A model generated the notes under the pieces. That model ran no database searches, was not told where the DNA came from, and saw only the letters and a program-made list of their open reading frames with translations. DNA of 64,000 nt. It comes from a virus. Made by a program: the position numbers and the translations under genes. The stretch spans positions 64,001 through 128,000 of the IMG/VR virus record IMGVR_UViG_3300033143_002031; one strand, given 5' to 3'. Positions 9,160-22,100 of the stretch are shown here, piece by piece; position 1 is the stretch's first letter; the number at the start of each line of letters is the position of its first letter.

Positions 9160-11030
9160 CCTCCAATCACGCCCCTTGCGAACCTCTCACAGAGGCCGCT
9201 TTTCGACCCTTTTCGGCCTTTGCGACTGATTGGTCGCACCCCCAATGATCGAGACCCCAAAGCTAGATCGTGCTGAATTGCCCCTCTCACGGCCCTTGTG
9301 GAGCCCTTCTGCCTGCCCCTGGGACGGACCGCCCTGAGAGTCCTGACGGCCTTTGGTGCGGCCCTCCTGAGCCCTCGAAGATCGGTCTCGCGGAACCCGT
9401 CCCTCGGCCGGCGGAGAAGACCTCCCTCTCTACTCGCGGGCGCAGGAGACCGGCGGGACAGAAGAACGAAGTTCCCCTAAGCACGACTGAGCTACCCCTG
9501 ATACTAGTCCCCCAAGAGAGACCTACGGAGGAGCCTGTGCAGTGGGCTGGCGTTCTGGCCCTTGCGACCTCGTGCGACCTCATGGTCGGCCCGATTTCAC
9601 CAGGTTCCGGGGAGTTTTCATACACTTACGGCCCGGAGTGTCTGAAAACTACCCCTTTTTGGGGGGCCTGAGATCGCGCCTCGCGACGGCCACCCCCGGT
9701 CCTGAAAACTCCCCCATTCCGGGGGGTTCCACGACACGACCGCCAATAGGGGGAGTTTTCAGTGACGCCGCCGCCCTTCGCAGGGAAGCGGGTTCCGATC
9801 TTCCATCCGCCGGCCCTGCGACCTGCCCCTCCTATGGGAGGCACGGGCAGTCGTTGTCGGGTCAGGGGGCGGGGGCTCGCGGGGGCGGCCCCGGGGGCAG
9901 AAGGGTTCTTCCGCTGGCAGAAGGATTCTTCTGATCGGGTGATAGCCCAATGGTATCGGGCACTTAGGTGCTAGCGTTCGGGGACCCGGGACCCTACGAT
10001 GATCGGTCTGGCCCTGGGGCAGGTAGTTTGCTCCTCCGCCCCTACCCCTGGTACTATGCCCTTTGACCCGCTAGCCACGCAGCTAACGGGTCAGACCAGG
10101 GAGGTAGATCGTGGCTAGAGGGACATCACGGAGAGTCCATCTCACGGGCCGAGTGCCGAGGGAGGGTAGGCCACTGCTCTGGGCCTTCGGCTACGCGGAC
10201 TACGGGGACCTGTTCGAGGTCGAGCCCGAGAGCGCCCGGCAGATGGTGAAGCGCGGGCAGTTCGACCCGAGCGACCTGGCGTCGGTGTGCCGGCTCTGGT
10301 GCAAGCGCCACGGACACGAGGCCGAGCGATGAGGTTGAAAACTCCAGGCAACCCGCCTACGATCCCCGGGCCGGCGGTGCCTCCTTCCCGAACCCCCCTG
10401 GGAGGTGGGGTGTCGCCGGCATCTGGCACCCACTGCGTGTGCGGTCGACGAAAACTCAAGGGTTCCGGGCACCTACCCCGCGACCCCGTCACGGTGGCCA
10501 TCACGCAACGCCTTGAAACCATTAGAGAATCGCGCATCACGATCACCACCACGCCCCCGATCGACCTGCCTGCCCTCGCGGCCCTGCACCAAGAGGAGCA
10601 GGAGCTACGCGCGAAGCTGGTTCACATCGCGCACGCGAAGTAGGTTTGCCCGGCCCCCGATCTCGGGGCCGCACCCCCGTCGACCTCGACCCTCGATCTC
10701 TCCTCTCGATCTCCGCCCCCGTGCCAGGGAGTTTTCACCAATGGGGGGTACCCCCCGCCTGCCGCCCACAAAAACTACCACTCCGGTTCGTCGGTCTAGT
10801 GGGAGTTTTCGGTGCGCCCGACCCCCGTGCGTCTTGAGGAGGACCCTGTCAATAGCATAGATGAATGCCATTGACCTCCCGACCTGCTCTGCCCGAGAGC
10901 CCCCGGGGCGCCCAAGACCAGAGAGCCCACCCCCCGCGCATACCGCGCCCTCTAAGTCAAGAGCATCCATGATTGCCCTTGACACTGCCCTCCCTTTGGG
11001 GTAGGCTGGGTCCTCGCATGCGAGTTTGAG
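9160..11030. other. largely non-coding region with clustered TGAAAACT(C/A)C motifs and G/C tracts
   Basis: motif at 9611(-), 9643(+), 9703(+), 9752(-), 10336(+), 10728(-), 10802(-); only two short plausible ORFs (10111..10332, 10329..10643). Confidence 0.6.
10979..11007 (+). promoter_or_regulatory. class I promoter
   Basis: TTGACA-N17-TAGGCT upstream of ORF 11040. Confidence 0.6.
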
Positions 11031-11039
11031 GCAGACCAT

Positions 11040-13795
11040 ATGAATCCGGACAGGCGAGTCGAGGATCGGTACGACTACGACGGGTCGTGCAGACCTGGGG
11101 CGTGGACATGGGCCAGTCAGAAAAAGTTCTCCGTGGCCATATTCCAGTGGAGGAAGAAGGTCGGAGGCGGACTGAAGCGCGGCAAGGCTGTCTACCGCGT
11201 CCACGGTTGGGTGAGCGATCCGAAGAGCGTGTACCGACGGGCCGAAGAAGTCTGCGTTCTCCTGGAGAGTGGTGGCGCTCTGGAGAAGAAAGGCGAGAGC
11301 GTGCCATGAGTAAGATTGAGATCGTCCTGCTGGTCCTCGCCGGGGCCTTCGTGGTCTACATGGCCGTCCTCTCGGTGGTGGGGGACGAGGCCCATGCCGA
11401 GGGGGCGGACGGTGAGCAGGCGTGCTGGGACTACCACAGGGACATCACGGGACGGCTCCGGCAGACCGAGAGCCCCTACGTCGATGAGACAGGAGCACCA
11501 TGAGCGATGAGAAGGACATCAGCCTTGGGTGGGGCTCGGTACCAATCGGCCACAACGAGGGCAGAGCGCTCGACACAGGAGAAATTCACAGGGCTCCGTT
11601 GCTGCGCCGCATCGAGGGGCTTGAAGCCGAGGTGGAACGGCTGAAGGTCGCAGCGAAGAAGCCGCGAGAACCCAGTGCGTGCGACAATGCCATCGACAAG
11701 ATCGCTGTCATCTGCGGCTGCCCCGAGTGGGAGTACGCCGCCCAAGTGATACGCGATGTCAAAGCCCTTCGCGCCGAGCTTACCGAGCGCACCACCGACC
11801 GCGATGTTACGGCCCGCGCCGCTGCCGCCCTCCGTGCCGAGGTGAAGCGGCTGACGGGGCTGTGCATCGACGCGGCCCGTATCGGGTATGAGGCCGGGCA
11901 CCATGACACGGTCGAGAGCCGGTATGCCGATCCGCGTGAGATTGCCGAGGACATCGTTGGAGACCTGATCACCGACGCCCGCGCCGCGCCGTCCGAGGGA
12001 GGCAACGATGATCAAGCGTGAGACTGATGAGGCCAAGCGGACAGCGTGCGCTACAGCCGCGCGTGTTCTTGGGCTGGTAAAACCGAGGCATCTCTCCATA
12101 ACTGACGACGGGGAAGTGACGCCTGTACCGAGCACAAAGGCCGAATCACGGAGGGAGGCGTGGAAAGAGTTGCTCGGTGAACTGGCTCAGAGAGGGGGCG
12201 GCGATGGGTGAACAAAAACAGATAGACAGTGAACGTTTGCAGTGGCAGGTCGCGGCCGAGGAGGCGGGCCGAACGGTGCAGTCCCTTCAAGCTCAGATCA
12301 GCCGGCTGAAGAAGGAGCATGCTGGGGCCATGGCTGTGCTGCGGAGAGAGCAAGAGATTCGTACAGGCATGGTGGACACTATTGTTACTCTCCGCGCCGA
12401 GGTGAAGAGGCTACAGGCGTTGCCTGACCGGATGCGTGAGATGGCTCGTAATGAGGCCCTCCGCGCCGCAGCGGCTCACGACTGCGCCGACTATGACAGC
12501 GAGTCCCACCACCTTGGGAGGGCGTCGATTCTCCGCGCCGCGCTGTCTGACGACGAGAGCAGTGATGCCTTATGACGCCGAGCGACTGAGCCGACTCCTG
12601 GAGGTGCGGTTCGTCTCTCCGACCGAGGCCCTGAAGACCGCGCTCGCTGTCAAGTACCCGCACGAGGAGATTGTGGTCGAGTACGTCGGCGACCTCACCT
12701 ACCACGTCACGGTCCCCCTGTGCTTGGACCCGCACGAGGTCTGGCTCAAGGTCAAGGACGTGATGCCCGTGACCATTCGAGTCGAGGTCAGGCACCCGTG
12801 AACCAGGGAACGAGCTACCGGAACGACGACACGGGAAACTGGTTCGATGATCCCCGAGTGGGCGTCGACCGTGGCGTGACCGCGATGGGGGACGAGCGGT
12901 TGACTTGGGACGCGGCGCTGTTCGCCAAGCACGGCTTCGCGACGTGGGCGGTGTGGGTCGACGGGGAGGACAGCGGCATCCAGGTGTGTGGCAGTTCGGC
13001 GACGGGTACACGGAGGCGCCTCAAGCTCCAGTGGGAGAACCAGACGAGCGAGCCGTTCCCGGGGCACCGCGTGTGCGTGCTGCGCTACCTGGAGACGGAA
13101 GGGTAGCCGGGCTGCCCGTGCCGGAGGGGGAATGATCGAAGAGGAACGGTGCCCGCGTTGTGGCCGCGCTGCCATTGTCGTGGTGGGGGCACACTGGGCC
13201 TGCCTGTGGTGCGGCTTGATCGTGGCGATGTCTCGGCCTCCCGTGCCGGAGGTGGAGTGATGGTGAAGAAGGTGTGGTGCGTGGAGTCTTGTGTGCGGGA
13301 CCGGCGCGGGGTGCCTGCCGAGCATCGGAAGTGCGCCCTCGCTACGCAGCCCAAGGGGCCGCCAATCTACAGAGACCCCGTCAAGGTCCGCTGCGGTTTG
13401 TGGGTCGTCCTGCCGGGGCCATTCCTACGCGATACCTCTGATTGCCAGGACTGCCCTGACGATCCCGACGTGAGGCACCCATGACCAAAGAGGAAAAGCT
13501 CATTCTCACGGCCGTCAACCTGGCGCTCGAAGCGCACGACAGGCCCGAGCGGTTCGAGCCCCACCCTTACTTCCAGATGGTCCACTGCTTCCATGTTCGC
13601 CTGCCCCTCATGCGAGTTGCTCGCATCTGGATTGACCGAGGGTTTCGGCGGCTCGACGTCTTCGAGGAGCGGCCCCCAGGCCCCCATCAGGGCAACACCA
13701 AGACCATCGGGACCTACCGAGGCACCGGCTGGCTCCCCCAGCTATGCCAGGACGCGGTGGACGCCGTGACCTCTCCGCCCCCCGTTCCGAAGTAG
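11040..13795 (+). other. run of small coupled hypothetical ORFs (11040..11309, 11306..11503, 11500..12021, 12204..12575, 12565..12801, 12798..13106, 13260..13484, 13481..13795)
   Basis: head-to-tail ORFs with stop/start overlaps and GGAG-type RBS. Confidence 0.6.
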
Positions 13796-13829
13796 CCTGC
13801 CCGTCCGACCCCCACCCTCCCGCGAAACG

Positions 13830-15982
13830 CAAGTCCCTTTTTTGGGACCCTCACCCAACTAGTAGCGCCTTGCGAGTTTGCCATTGACTACACTCTAGCT
13901 ATGTGGTAGACCTGGTAGATCGCCCCGCCGGGGGCGCGGCAAAGGAGCACCATGGGGAAGGGTATGACCTTCGGGGTGAAGGACGCTCAACTCTACGTTG
14001 ACCGTGAATTCATGGACGCGCCCCCGCATCAGTTCCTTCGGGAGCTACTGAAAAACGCCATCGAAGCGGAAGCCGATCGAGTCGAGTTCACACCTGAATG
14101 GGGGGCGGTGCGGACGGACGGTGTGTATCGACTGAAGGTGGCCGACAACGGGCGGGGTATGACCCTGGAGGAGTTGGACACGTACATGGCCTCCTTCGGA
14201 GCGAGCGCGAGAGGTGTGGATATTCGAGGAAACTTTGGGATCGGTGCGAGGATGACCCTGCTCCCGTGGAACCATGCCGGCGTCCTAGTTCTGTCCTGGT
14301 CGAAGGAGCACCCGGACGGCCTCGGCATGGTCATGAACCTCGGCAAGGAAGGGTACGAGCTACAGACTCTTGAACAATCGATCATCGGGCACGACGTGGT
14401 GTCCCTGAAAAAGCCTCGGCGCGGGGAGTGGCTGTACGAGAAATGGGCTGCCATGAAGCCGGGCCTCATCAGCAACCATGGGACAGTGGTCGTCTGCTAC
14501 GGGAACACGGGCCACGAGGACACGTTCTTTGGGCCAGCAGGGTACACGTCGGCGAAAGGTCACGGTCTGAAGTACATCGTGAAGCAGTTGAACGAGCGCT
14601 TCTTCGACATGCCCGTCAGGGTGTACGCCTCGTGTTTCTTTTTCTCGGACCGGAGCTTTTGGCCGAAGAAAAATTCTGAGGTACTGACGGCCGATACGGA
14701 AGAAGAGGAGGAAGCGCTGCGAAACCGTATCCGTCGCAGTGACGTGAAGCACACGGATAAGATCCGAGGATACCAGTTCAAGCAGGTCTACGGAGCGAAG
14801 TACTACCTCTACGAGTCACAATCGAAGGCCGAAGAGGACAAGAGCCAGACCGTGAACGGGACCGTGACGCTTTCGGACAGGACCGAAGTGACGTGGGCCT
14901 ACAAGATGGGCAACCTTCCGGACAATCACGCTTACGCGCCGGAGAGAGGGTATATCGCAGCCCTCTTCGACGGGGAGTTGTACGAGAAGAGCTACAAGCT
15001 CTCGATGTTCCGCAGCTTCGGTGTCCACCTGAAGAGTGTCGCAGAGCGCACGTACCTGATCCTGAAGCCCCCACCGAGCGCTTTCCCGGGGAGTTCCAGA
15101 AGCCGACTCGCACTGGAAAACGAGGACGGGTATGGGTCGGAGTCGCTTCCGTGGTCCCAATGGGCAGAGGAGTTCTACAACAACTTGCCGGACTTCCTCT
15201 CCGATCAACTCGCAAACCAGGCCACCATGGAGTACGACGAGAACCTGGAGAGGTGGAAGCAGAAGGTGGAAGAGATCGCGAGCGAGAAGTGCCGGCGCTA
15301 CGTTCTTCACCTGGCCAACCACGGGCCTCACTCGGCTGGAGGGGAGGAGCACGACTCGAAACCGACGGAGAGAGATGGGGTAGGTCCGACAACCGGCCTA
15401 CGATCGAATCCGAATCGTAAGTCGGTGGGTGGGGACCAGGAGCGCACGGAGGAGGTCGAGAAAGGTAAGGCAGCCCGACGTGTGATGCGGCGTGGGGAGC
15501 TACCAGATTACTCGTGGATCTTGCTCGAAGAGATGGCAGACGAGGGCAGTCGATTCCCTGCGTGCTACTTGCCCCGAAGCAAGCGGCATCCGAAGGGTCT
15601 GCTCGTCATGGCCAAAGACCATCCCATGATCGTGGCCTTCCAGAATGAGTTGCTTGAACAAGCTCGCCCTTCAGCCCAGAACGAAGTGGTCGCTATGACG
15701 CGAACGTACTTCTACCTGAAAGCTGGCTACTACATCGCCTACACCTACGGCTTGGCGCACCACCCAGGTTGGAGCCAGGGGCGGATCAAGCAAGAACTGT
15801 GGACGGAATCTGCGCTTCTGTTTGCCTTCATTCCTGATCCCGAGGCCGACCGAATCCTGAAACGGAAGCTACAGCACAAGGCCATGAAGCAGCCTGCCAA
15901 GCCTGACCTATCTGTAGTCGACCCCGATGTCAGTCCCGGCACAAGTCCCTTTTTTGAGGACCCTTCCCCAACTAGTAGCGCC
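13830..15982 (+). repeat. imperfect 40-bp direct repeat pair (13830..13869, 15942..15982)
   Basis: CAAGTCCCTTTTTTG(A)GGACCCT(CA/TC)CCCAACTAGTAGCGCC. Confidence 0.85.
13884..13912 (+). promoter_or_regulatory. class I promoter
   Basis: TTGACT-N17-TAGACC with CTATGTGG. Confidence 0.6.
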
Positions 15983-15997
15983 CCGAATCACAGATGA
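13952..15997 (+). CDS. GHKL (HATPase_c, Hsp90/MORC-like) ATPase
   Basis: Bergerat motifs ELLKNAIEA, DNGRGM, GNFGIG; AAGGAG RBS. Confidence 0.8.
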   Translation: MGKGMTFGVKDAQLYVDREFMDAPPHQFLRELLKNAIEAEADRVEFTPEWGAVRTDGVYRLKVADNGRGMTLEELDTYMASFGASARGVDIRGNFGIGARMTLLPWNHAGVLVLSWSKEHPDGLGMVMNLGKEGYELQTLEQSIIGHDVVSLKKPRRGEWLYEKWAAMKPGLISNHGTVVVCYGNTGHEDTFFGPAGYTSAKGHGLKYIVKQLNERFFDMPVRVYASCFFFSDRSFWPKKNSEVLTADTEEEEEALRNRIRRSDVKHTDKIRGYQFKQVYGAKYYLYESQSKAEEDKSQTVNGTVTLSDRTEVTWAYKMGNLPDNHAYAPERGYIAALFDGELYEKSYKLSMFRSFGVHLKSVAERTYLILKPPPSAFPGSSRSRLALENEDGYGSESLPWSQWAEEFYNNLPDFLSDQLANQATMEYDENLERWKQKVEEIASEKCRRYVLHLANHGPHSAGGEEHDSKPTERDGVGPTTGLRSNPNRKSVGGDQERTEEVEKGKAARRVMRRGELPDYSWILLEEMADEGSRFPACYLPRSKRHPKGLLVMAKDHPMIVAFQNELLEQARPSAQNEVVAMTRTYFYLKAGYYIAYTYGLAHHPGWSQGRIKQELWTESALLFAFIPDPEADRILKRKLQHKAMKQPAKPDLSVVDPDVSPGTSPFFEDPSPTSSAPNHR

Positions 15998-16198
15998 CCC
16001 CTACCCTCGTTTGCGGTGAAAACGATCACACAGCAGAAGCCCACAAAGCAGAACCGCGAACTTCTGCTTGAGTCAATAGCAAAGTTGTGCTATATGGTAG
16101 GGACGAGTCAGGGATGTGTCCCTGAAGGAGACCGAGATGAGTGGAAACGCCCCCGAGGACCGCAAGCCGCTGCACGTGCCTCTGCGAGGTGAGGAGTC

Positions 16199-19100
16199 AT
16201 GAGCGGAAGGAAATTCCGCATCTGGGTCGAGGTCTGCAAGGTCGACTCGGACAAGTTCCAGCGCCGGCAGTACACGGTCGAAGCTGAGACGCGCGCGAGC
16301 GCGGAGCGCCAAGCTCTCGTCATAGCCAAGGACGAGTGGGACGACGCCGTTCTCCCGCCGGAAAGGGCGCTCTGATGTTCTACTGCGAGAAGTGCCGGAA
16401 TCGACACGGGTTGCTCAAGGGTGTGTCCGGATCGCGCGGCCGGTGTGAGCTATGCGGCAAGACCGCCGACTGCCACGACGTCCCCTCGTCGGCGCTGCCG
16501 CCGAAGAAGCCGCCGAAGAAGCCGCCGAAGAAGCCCGTGAGCAAGGCCGAGTCGCACGCAAGGCCGAAGCCCGAGGAGAAGCCCAAGACGACCCCTGCCG
16601 ATCCTAAGCGGTGCCAGTGCGAGCGCCCCAAGGGCAACAACTTCATGACGCTCGGAGGGACGGTGGGCCTGGCCCGCTGCCGGAATAAGCCGATCGTCAT
16701 CGCGCGCGAAAAGGCTGCCACGCACGAGGACGGGGAGGTCGGCGAGATGAGCCTCTGTCCCCACTGCATGAACAAGATGACCGAGCAGATGGGGTCGGAC
16801 TTCGCCGCCTTCCGCGCGATCGAACGCGAGGGGGAGGACAAGGGAGTCCGGCGATGAAGGTCTTCAAGTACACCCTGGTCCCCGAGAGCCGGCAGGTCGT
16901 GGAGCTACCCCGAGGGGCTACGATCCTCCGCGTCGGGGCTGATGTGGTCGTGGACGACAATCTCTGCCTCTGGGCTCTCGTGGACCCTGACGAGCGCCCC
17001 GAGATGCGGATCGTTCACATCTACGGCACCGGGCACGAGGTTGTGACCCCCGAACGCCTGCGCTACATCGGGACCGCCTTCATGAGGGCGCACTCCCTCG
17101 TGTGGCACGTCTTCGAGGAGGTCTGAGATGGACGACACCGTGGAGAAGCGGCTGGTGAGAGTACGGAAGCTCATCCAAGAGGCCCACGACGCGGCAGCCG
17201 GGATACCGATCGACGCCGCGCATGAGCACAGCAAGATCACAGCGAGCGCGCTCCGGACCGCGATTCTCCCGGGTCTCGATCTGCTATCGCTGACGATCGG
17301 CGGTCTGCTCAAAGACGGGCAGCCGAAGCCGTTCGGAGACGGGCTGGTGTGACCTGTCCATTCTGCCATCGCCTTCGAGGGCACAGCGTCGGCTGCCGTA
17401 TCGACGGGGCCAAGAGCTACGAGTTGGTTGACCTCATCCACGAGATGGCGGGGCTATTGGAGCGGTGGTTCCAAGCGGAAGAGTCCGGCAACACCACGGC
17501 CATGCTCGACGTGGCCGTCGCGACCCGGAAACTTCTCTACCCCCGACCCGAGGACGAGATGAAGGGCTCGCTGGCCGACGCCTGCAAGGCCCTCGACAGC
17601 GCCATCGAAGAGAGTGGCGGGGACATCACCGTGGAGGGCGCCCTGTCGGTGATGAAGGGCACGATGCAGCACGGTCCCGCGCGCGAGCGCAAGGACGTCA
17701 ACTGCGGCGACGGCTCGACGGAGGACGACGACCGATGAAAGACCTGACGATGAAGCCGGACACCTCCTACGCCGTGGTGGAACTCACCGTGGAGGTCGAG
17801 GCGCATAGCTGGGGGCCGGACTACACGATCGAGCAGGCCGTGGATCAGGCCACGCGCGAGGCCACCGACAAGCTCCGGAAGGCCCTGTCCCCGAACGGCG
17901 GCTTTCGGGTGCTCAAGGCCACAGCCGTCCGGGTCGTCTGCAACGCGAAGGGGGCACCGTGACCAAGCAAGCCTTCAACAGCCAGAAGTTCGTTCGCGAG
18001 TTCATGTGTCGGCAGGTGCGCGTAGATCGTCTCTTCTCTCGGGCCTTCGAGGGTGACAGCAAGCGGGGTTGGGCCTCGCACGAGGTCACACCGTTCGTCG
18101 GTTGGGTCGTCGGTGTGACCTGGCTTCAGACGGGCTGGTACGTGAGTGGGAGCTACGACGAACAGCCGCGCCTTCAGGAGAGCGGACCCCGGATGCTTGC
18201 CTACCTCGTCACCCGGTGGCCTACCATCTCACCTCACCGGGTGCCTCCGGAGGCCGTGACGGTGCTCTCAGAGCCCGTAGAGCCCTCGTTCCTGAGCGAA
18301 CCCGCGCGCAAGGCTATGGCGCGAGACTCCGCACACTTCCCGCGAGACGAGAAGGGCCAGTTCGTCAAGGGGCCGATGCTCCCGAAGGAGGGCTGAGATG
18401 GGTACTTCGACAGACGGGCAGATCTGCTACGGCGTCCACGTCGGCGACACGCTACCGTGGGATGACGGCGAGGACGAGGACCCCTACGACGTGGAGGGGT
18501 GGTGGCGCAAGTTCTGGGGCTTCAAGCCCTCCTTCGAGCTATTCACCCCCGAGGGCGATTGGATCGACGGCGTGGCGGCCCCGCAGGAGCAGCGCGATGC
18601 CTACAACGAGGAGACGCGGGACTGGGACAAAGCTCACCCGTTGCCCTTCGAGTTGGTCAACGCCTGCTCCGGTGATTGTCCGGAGTGGATCATCGCCCTG
18701 CCCGGCACGCTCAAGAGCGCGAGCCGAGGCTACCCCGAAAAGATCTCCGAGGGGACGATCTCGCTCGTGCACAAGGACGCTGCGCTCGAACGGTACAGGG
18801 TGTTCCTGGCAGAGTTTGAGGTCGAGGGCGAGCCGTCCTGGTACCTGTCGAGCTACTGGGGGTGAATCGTGAGTGAGTACCCGGAACACGCGAAGCTGAG
18901 AGACGTCAAGTACCAATCGCAGAAGATCGGCGAGTTCATCGAATGGCTTGGAGAGCAGAGCATGGCTGTCTGCCACTTCGACGGCAGCCTCAACCACTCC
19001 AACTACTGGCCAGCGAACGAGCCGATCAACAAGCTCCTCGCCCGCTTCTTCGGGATCGACCTGGACAAGCTGGAGGACGAGAAGACAGCGATGCTCGACG

Positions 19101-22100
19101 CACAGCGAGTCCTCAACGTGAAGGCGGCGAAGGGGCGATGAAGTACCTCGTCCAACGCGCCGAAGGTCTCTGCCCGGACTGCGATCGGCCGATCTACCAT
19201 CTCTTCGAGAGGTCGGCGGACTGGCCCGCACCTCAGTTCTACATCTGCTTCCGCTGCCGGTACGTCGGGCACATTGGCCACGAGCGCCTGGAGGTGCCCG
19301 AGCCTGACGTGATCGCACGCAACCCGAAGCAGGTAGACCAGGGGGGTAGCTGATGCCGACCTCGACTGATGTCCTCCTCGTGTGCCCGACCCACGGGAGC
19401 GACCCAGTGCCCTTCGAGATCGACGGAACCAAGTTCTGCTCTCGCTGCCTGGCGCACTACCTCAAGCGGTTTCTCTGGGGCAAGGTTCACGTCATGGAGA
19501 TGAGGCAGGTCGAGAAGACCTACGGCGGGGAGCCTACTGAGGTGCCTCCGGCTGGGACGAAAAAAGTCTGAAATGGTCTACCGAACGCCAGGGAGACAGC
19601 CCGTGTTGAAGGAGTACGAGTTCAAGCTCACCCGCGAGGAAGCGATCGAGGCGATTTCTTTCTGGCTCCGAGAGGAGCGAGGGGCGGCGGTCACCCCAGA
19701 TGACGCTACAGACGCGCGACACACTCGCGTCGTGGTGGACAGTCGCCTCGTCGTAAAGGACCAGCCGCTTCGCATCACGTGGAGCGTGCTCGAAGGAAAG
19801 GAGCCGTAGCCATGGGGTTTGACGCGAACGTAGAGATCCGAGGCATCCGACCGCCGGACGCGGAGTGGAAGCAAATGAAGGCCGTGTGGGACTCCTGCGT
19901 GGATGCCGGCATCGAGGTGCCAGAGCCGGTCGCAAACTACTTCGGGGACGACGGCCCGCACGAGGAGGGGCTCTGTGTCGAGGTCGAACCTGAGATCTGC
20001 CACAACGACGATGAGTGCATGACCCTCAACATTCGTCGCCAGGTGGGCAGCTACATGCTCATCGACATGGCGAACCTGCCGGCGAACATCACGCACTTGA
20101 AGGTGTGGTTGGCGACGAGCTACTGATGGCTGACATGCCTCCCAGCCTCTTCGCACTGGTAGACACCGAGTGCATGGACCCGGAGCGTCGGAAGGAACTT
20201 CTGACGAGCGCGCTCTACCACGTCTGGTCCAATCTCCCGGCCCCTCATGTCGATGGCAGCGTGGACGTCGAGAAGATCAGGCGGTTCCTGGCCGACATGG
20301 TGGAGACGCGCCGCTTCTGGCTACAGGTCTACGAGGCCGTCCTGAAGCACTACGGAACGGATGCGACCTTCCAAAGCATCGCAGACGAGGTGAACAACGC
20401 AGCCCCGCCGAAGAAGAAGGCACGGCGGCCTGTCGAAGAGCGAGAGGAGCCGGAGGAAGCACCAGCGGAGGAAGCAACGTCAGAGGGCGCGACGTGCTGG
20501 CTCTGCCGAGGGGCTGGATTCGAGGCCACCTCAGAGGGCGCGACGATCGTATGCTGCGAGTGCGGCGGCTCTGGGAGGTCGTGATGAGCACCAGCGCTAC
20601 TCACGTATGGGACGAGTTTTCGTTCATGTTCCAGTGGGGCGAGTGCAGCGACGGCACCAAGATCAACGCCGGGTGCTGCGGGCTCTGCGGCAACACAGGC
20701 ATGATCGACACCCGTGGACACCTGCGGACACCGGACGGCGCCGATGCGGGGGGTGTCCGGGCCTACTGCATCTGCCCCAACGGGCGCTATGCGAAGCGGA
20801 GGGCGGGCCTGAAGAAGTGGGACTCGACCAAGATTGGCCACTCGATCGTGGACGCACCGGAGGCAGTGGAATGACCGACGTGAGCCCCCCGGAAATGGCC
20901 CGGGACGAAATCTTCAACGTGAACGCGAGGCGGCTGGCCCACAAGGCTCGGCGCGCTGTCGTGATGCTCGGGAAGGACCCCTCCGAAGTCGTCACCGTGG
21001 CGATCTCTGTGGACGACCCGGCCTGGACGGACCTCGCCGAGGCGCTCATGCCGGACGAGGACTGGCAACCCTACCGAGACCGGGGTGAGCTACCCCTTGC
21101 GCGGGGAACCGCCAACAAAGCGGTGCTGGAGTACGTCGCGTCCGTCGTGCCGTCGCTCGCAAAGGCCCTGTCGAATCCCGCTCCCGAGGGGCACGTCTAC
21201 GCGCTCGTGATGGCGGGCGGCGGGGCATCGGCCTACGTGGTGCCCTGGAACAAGCCGCTCAGGTGAGCCCCGCGCGGTGGTGGAACTGGGTAGAGAGACT
21301 GATCGACTGGATCAAAGGGGACTGACGCATGTACCGACACTCAGAGGCTCTGACGGGCGTGGCGAACGCGCTCTCAGAGATTGCCAAGAAGACCGAGGAC
21401 GAGGGTCCGGCCGAGGAATTGAAGATGCTCGCCCAGCAGGTCGGCGAACTGCAAGGCTACTGGCACAATGACGAGGACGCCGCCGAGTTAGGGCGCCACG
21501 GGAAGCGAGTTCCCCAGAAGACGGAGCACAGGCTCGCGCTCTTCGGCACTGGCCGAGAAAATGTGACCGACGAGGCGCAGATGGCCGAGGCGCTCGACGG
21601 GCTCGCCATCGAAGGGTGGACGATCAAGCACGTCCACTGTGACCTCATGGGTAAGCCGTCGTGGCGAGTGTTACTCACGCGGCAGGTGCCAGCATGACCG
21701 ATCTCGGCTGTGCGTGCGTGTGCTCGATGGACCACGAGGGGGCTGATGTCTCGGGAACGATGATCATCACTGCCCGGAAGAAGCACACATGCTGCGAGTG
21801 CGGGGAGGCAATCTCCCCAGGCGAACGCTACGAGGTGATCTCCGGGCTCTGGGAGGGCTCTTGGGATCGCTACAAGACCTGCCTGCCGTGCCAACGCATC
21901 CGAGACGACCTCTGCTCGTGCGGCTACCTCTTCGGAGGGCTGCGAGAGGCGATCTGGGAGGCGCTGGGGTTCGATTACGTGTCCGGGGAGTTTGCCACCA
22001 AGGGGCTGTGGAAGGACGAGGGCACATGAGCGGTCGAGATGAGGGGGTTGTCCGCATGGATGCCCAGATGTGGGCACTCGTGGCCGAGTTGGAGGCACTG

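Noticed and set aside
16495-16535. Short tandem repeats (PPKK x3 here, EATSEGAT x2 near 20470, Gly runs in DnaB and SSB)
   Set aside because: In-frame low-complexity coding repeats with no sign of DNA-level function
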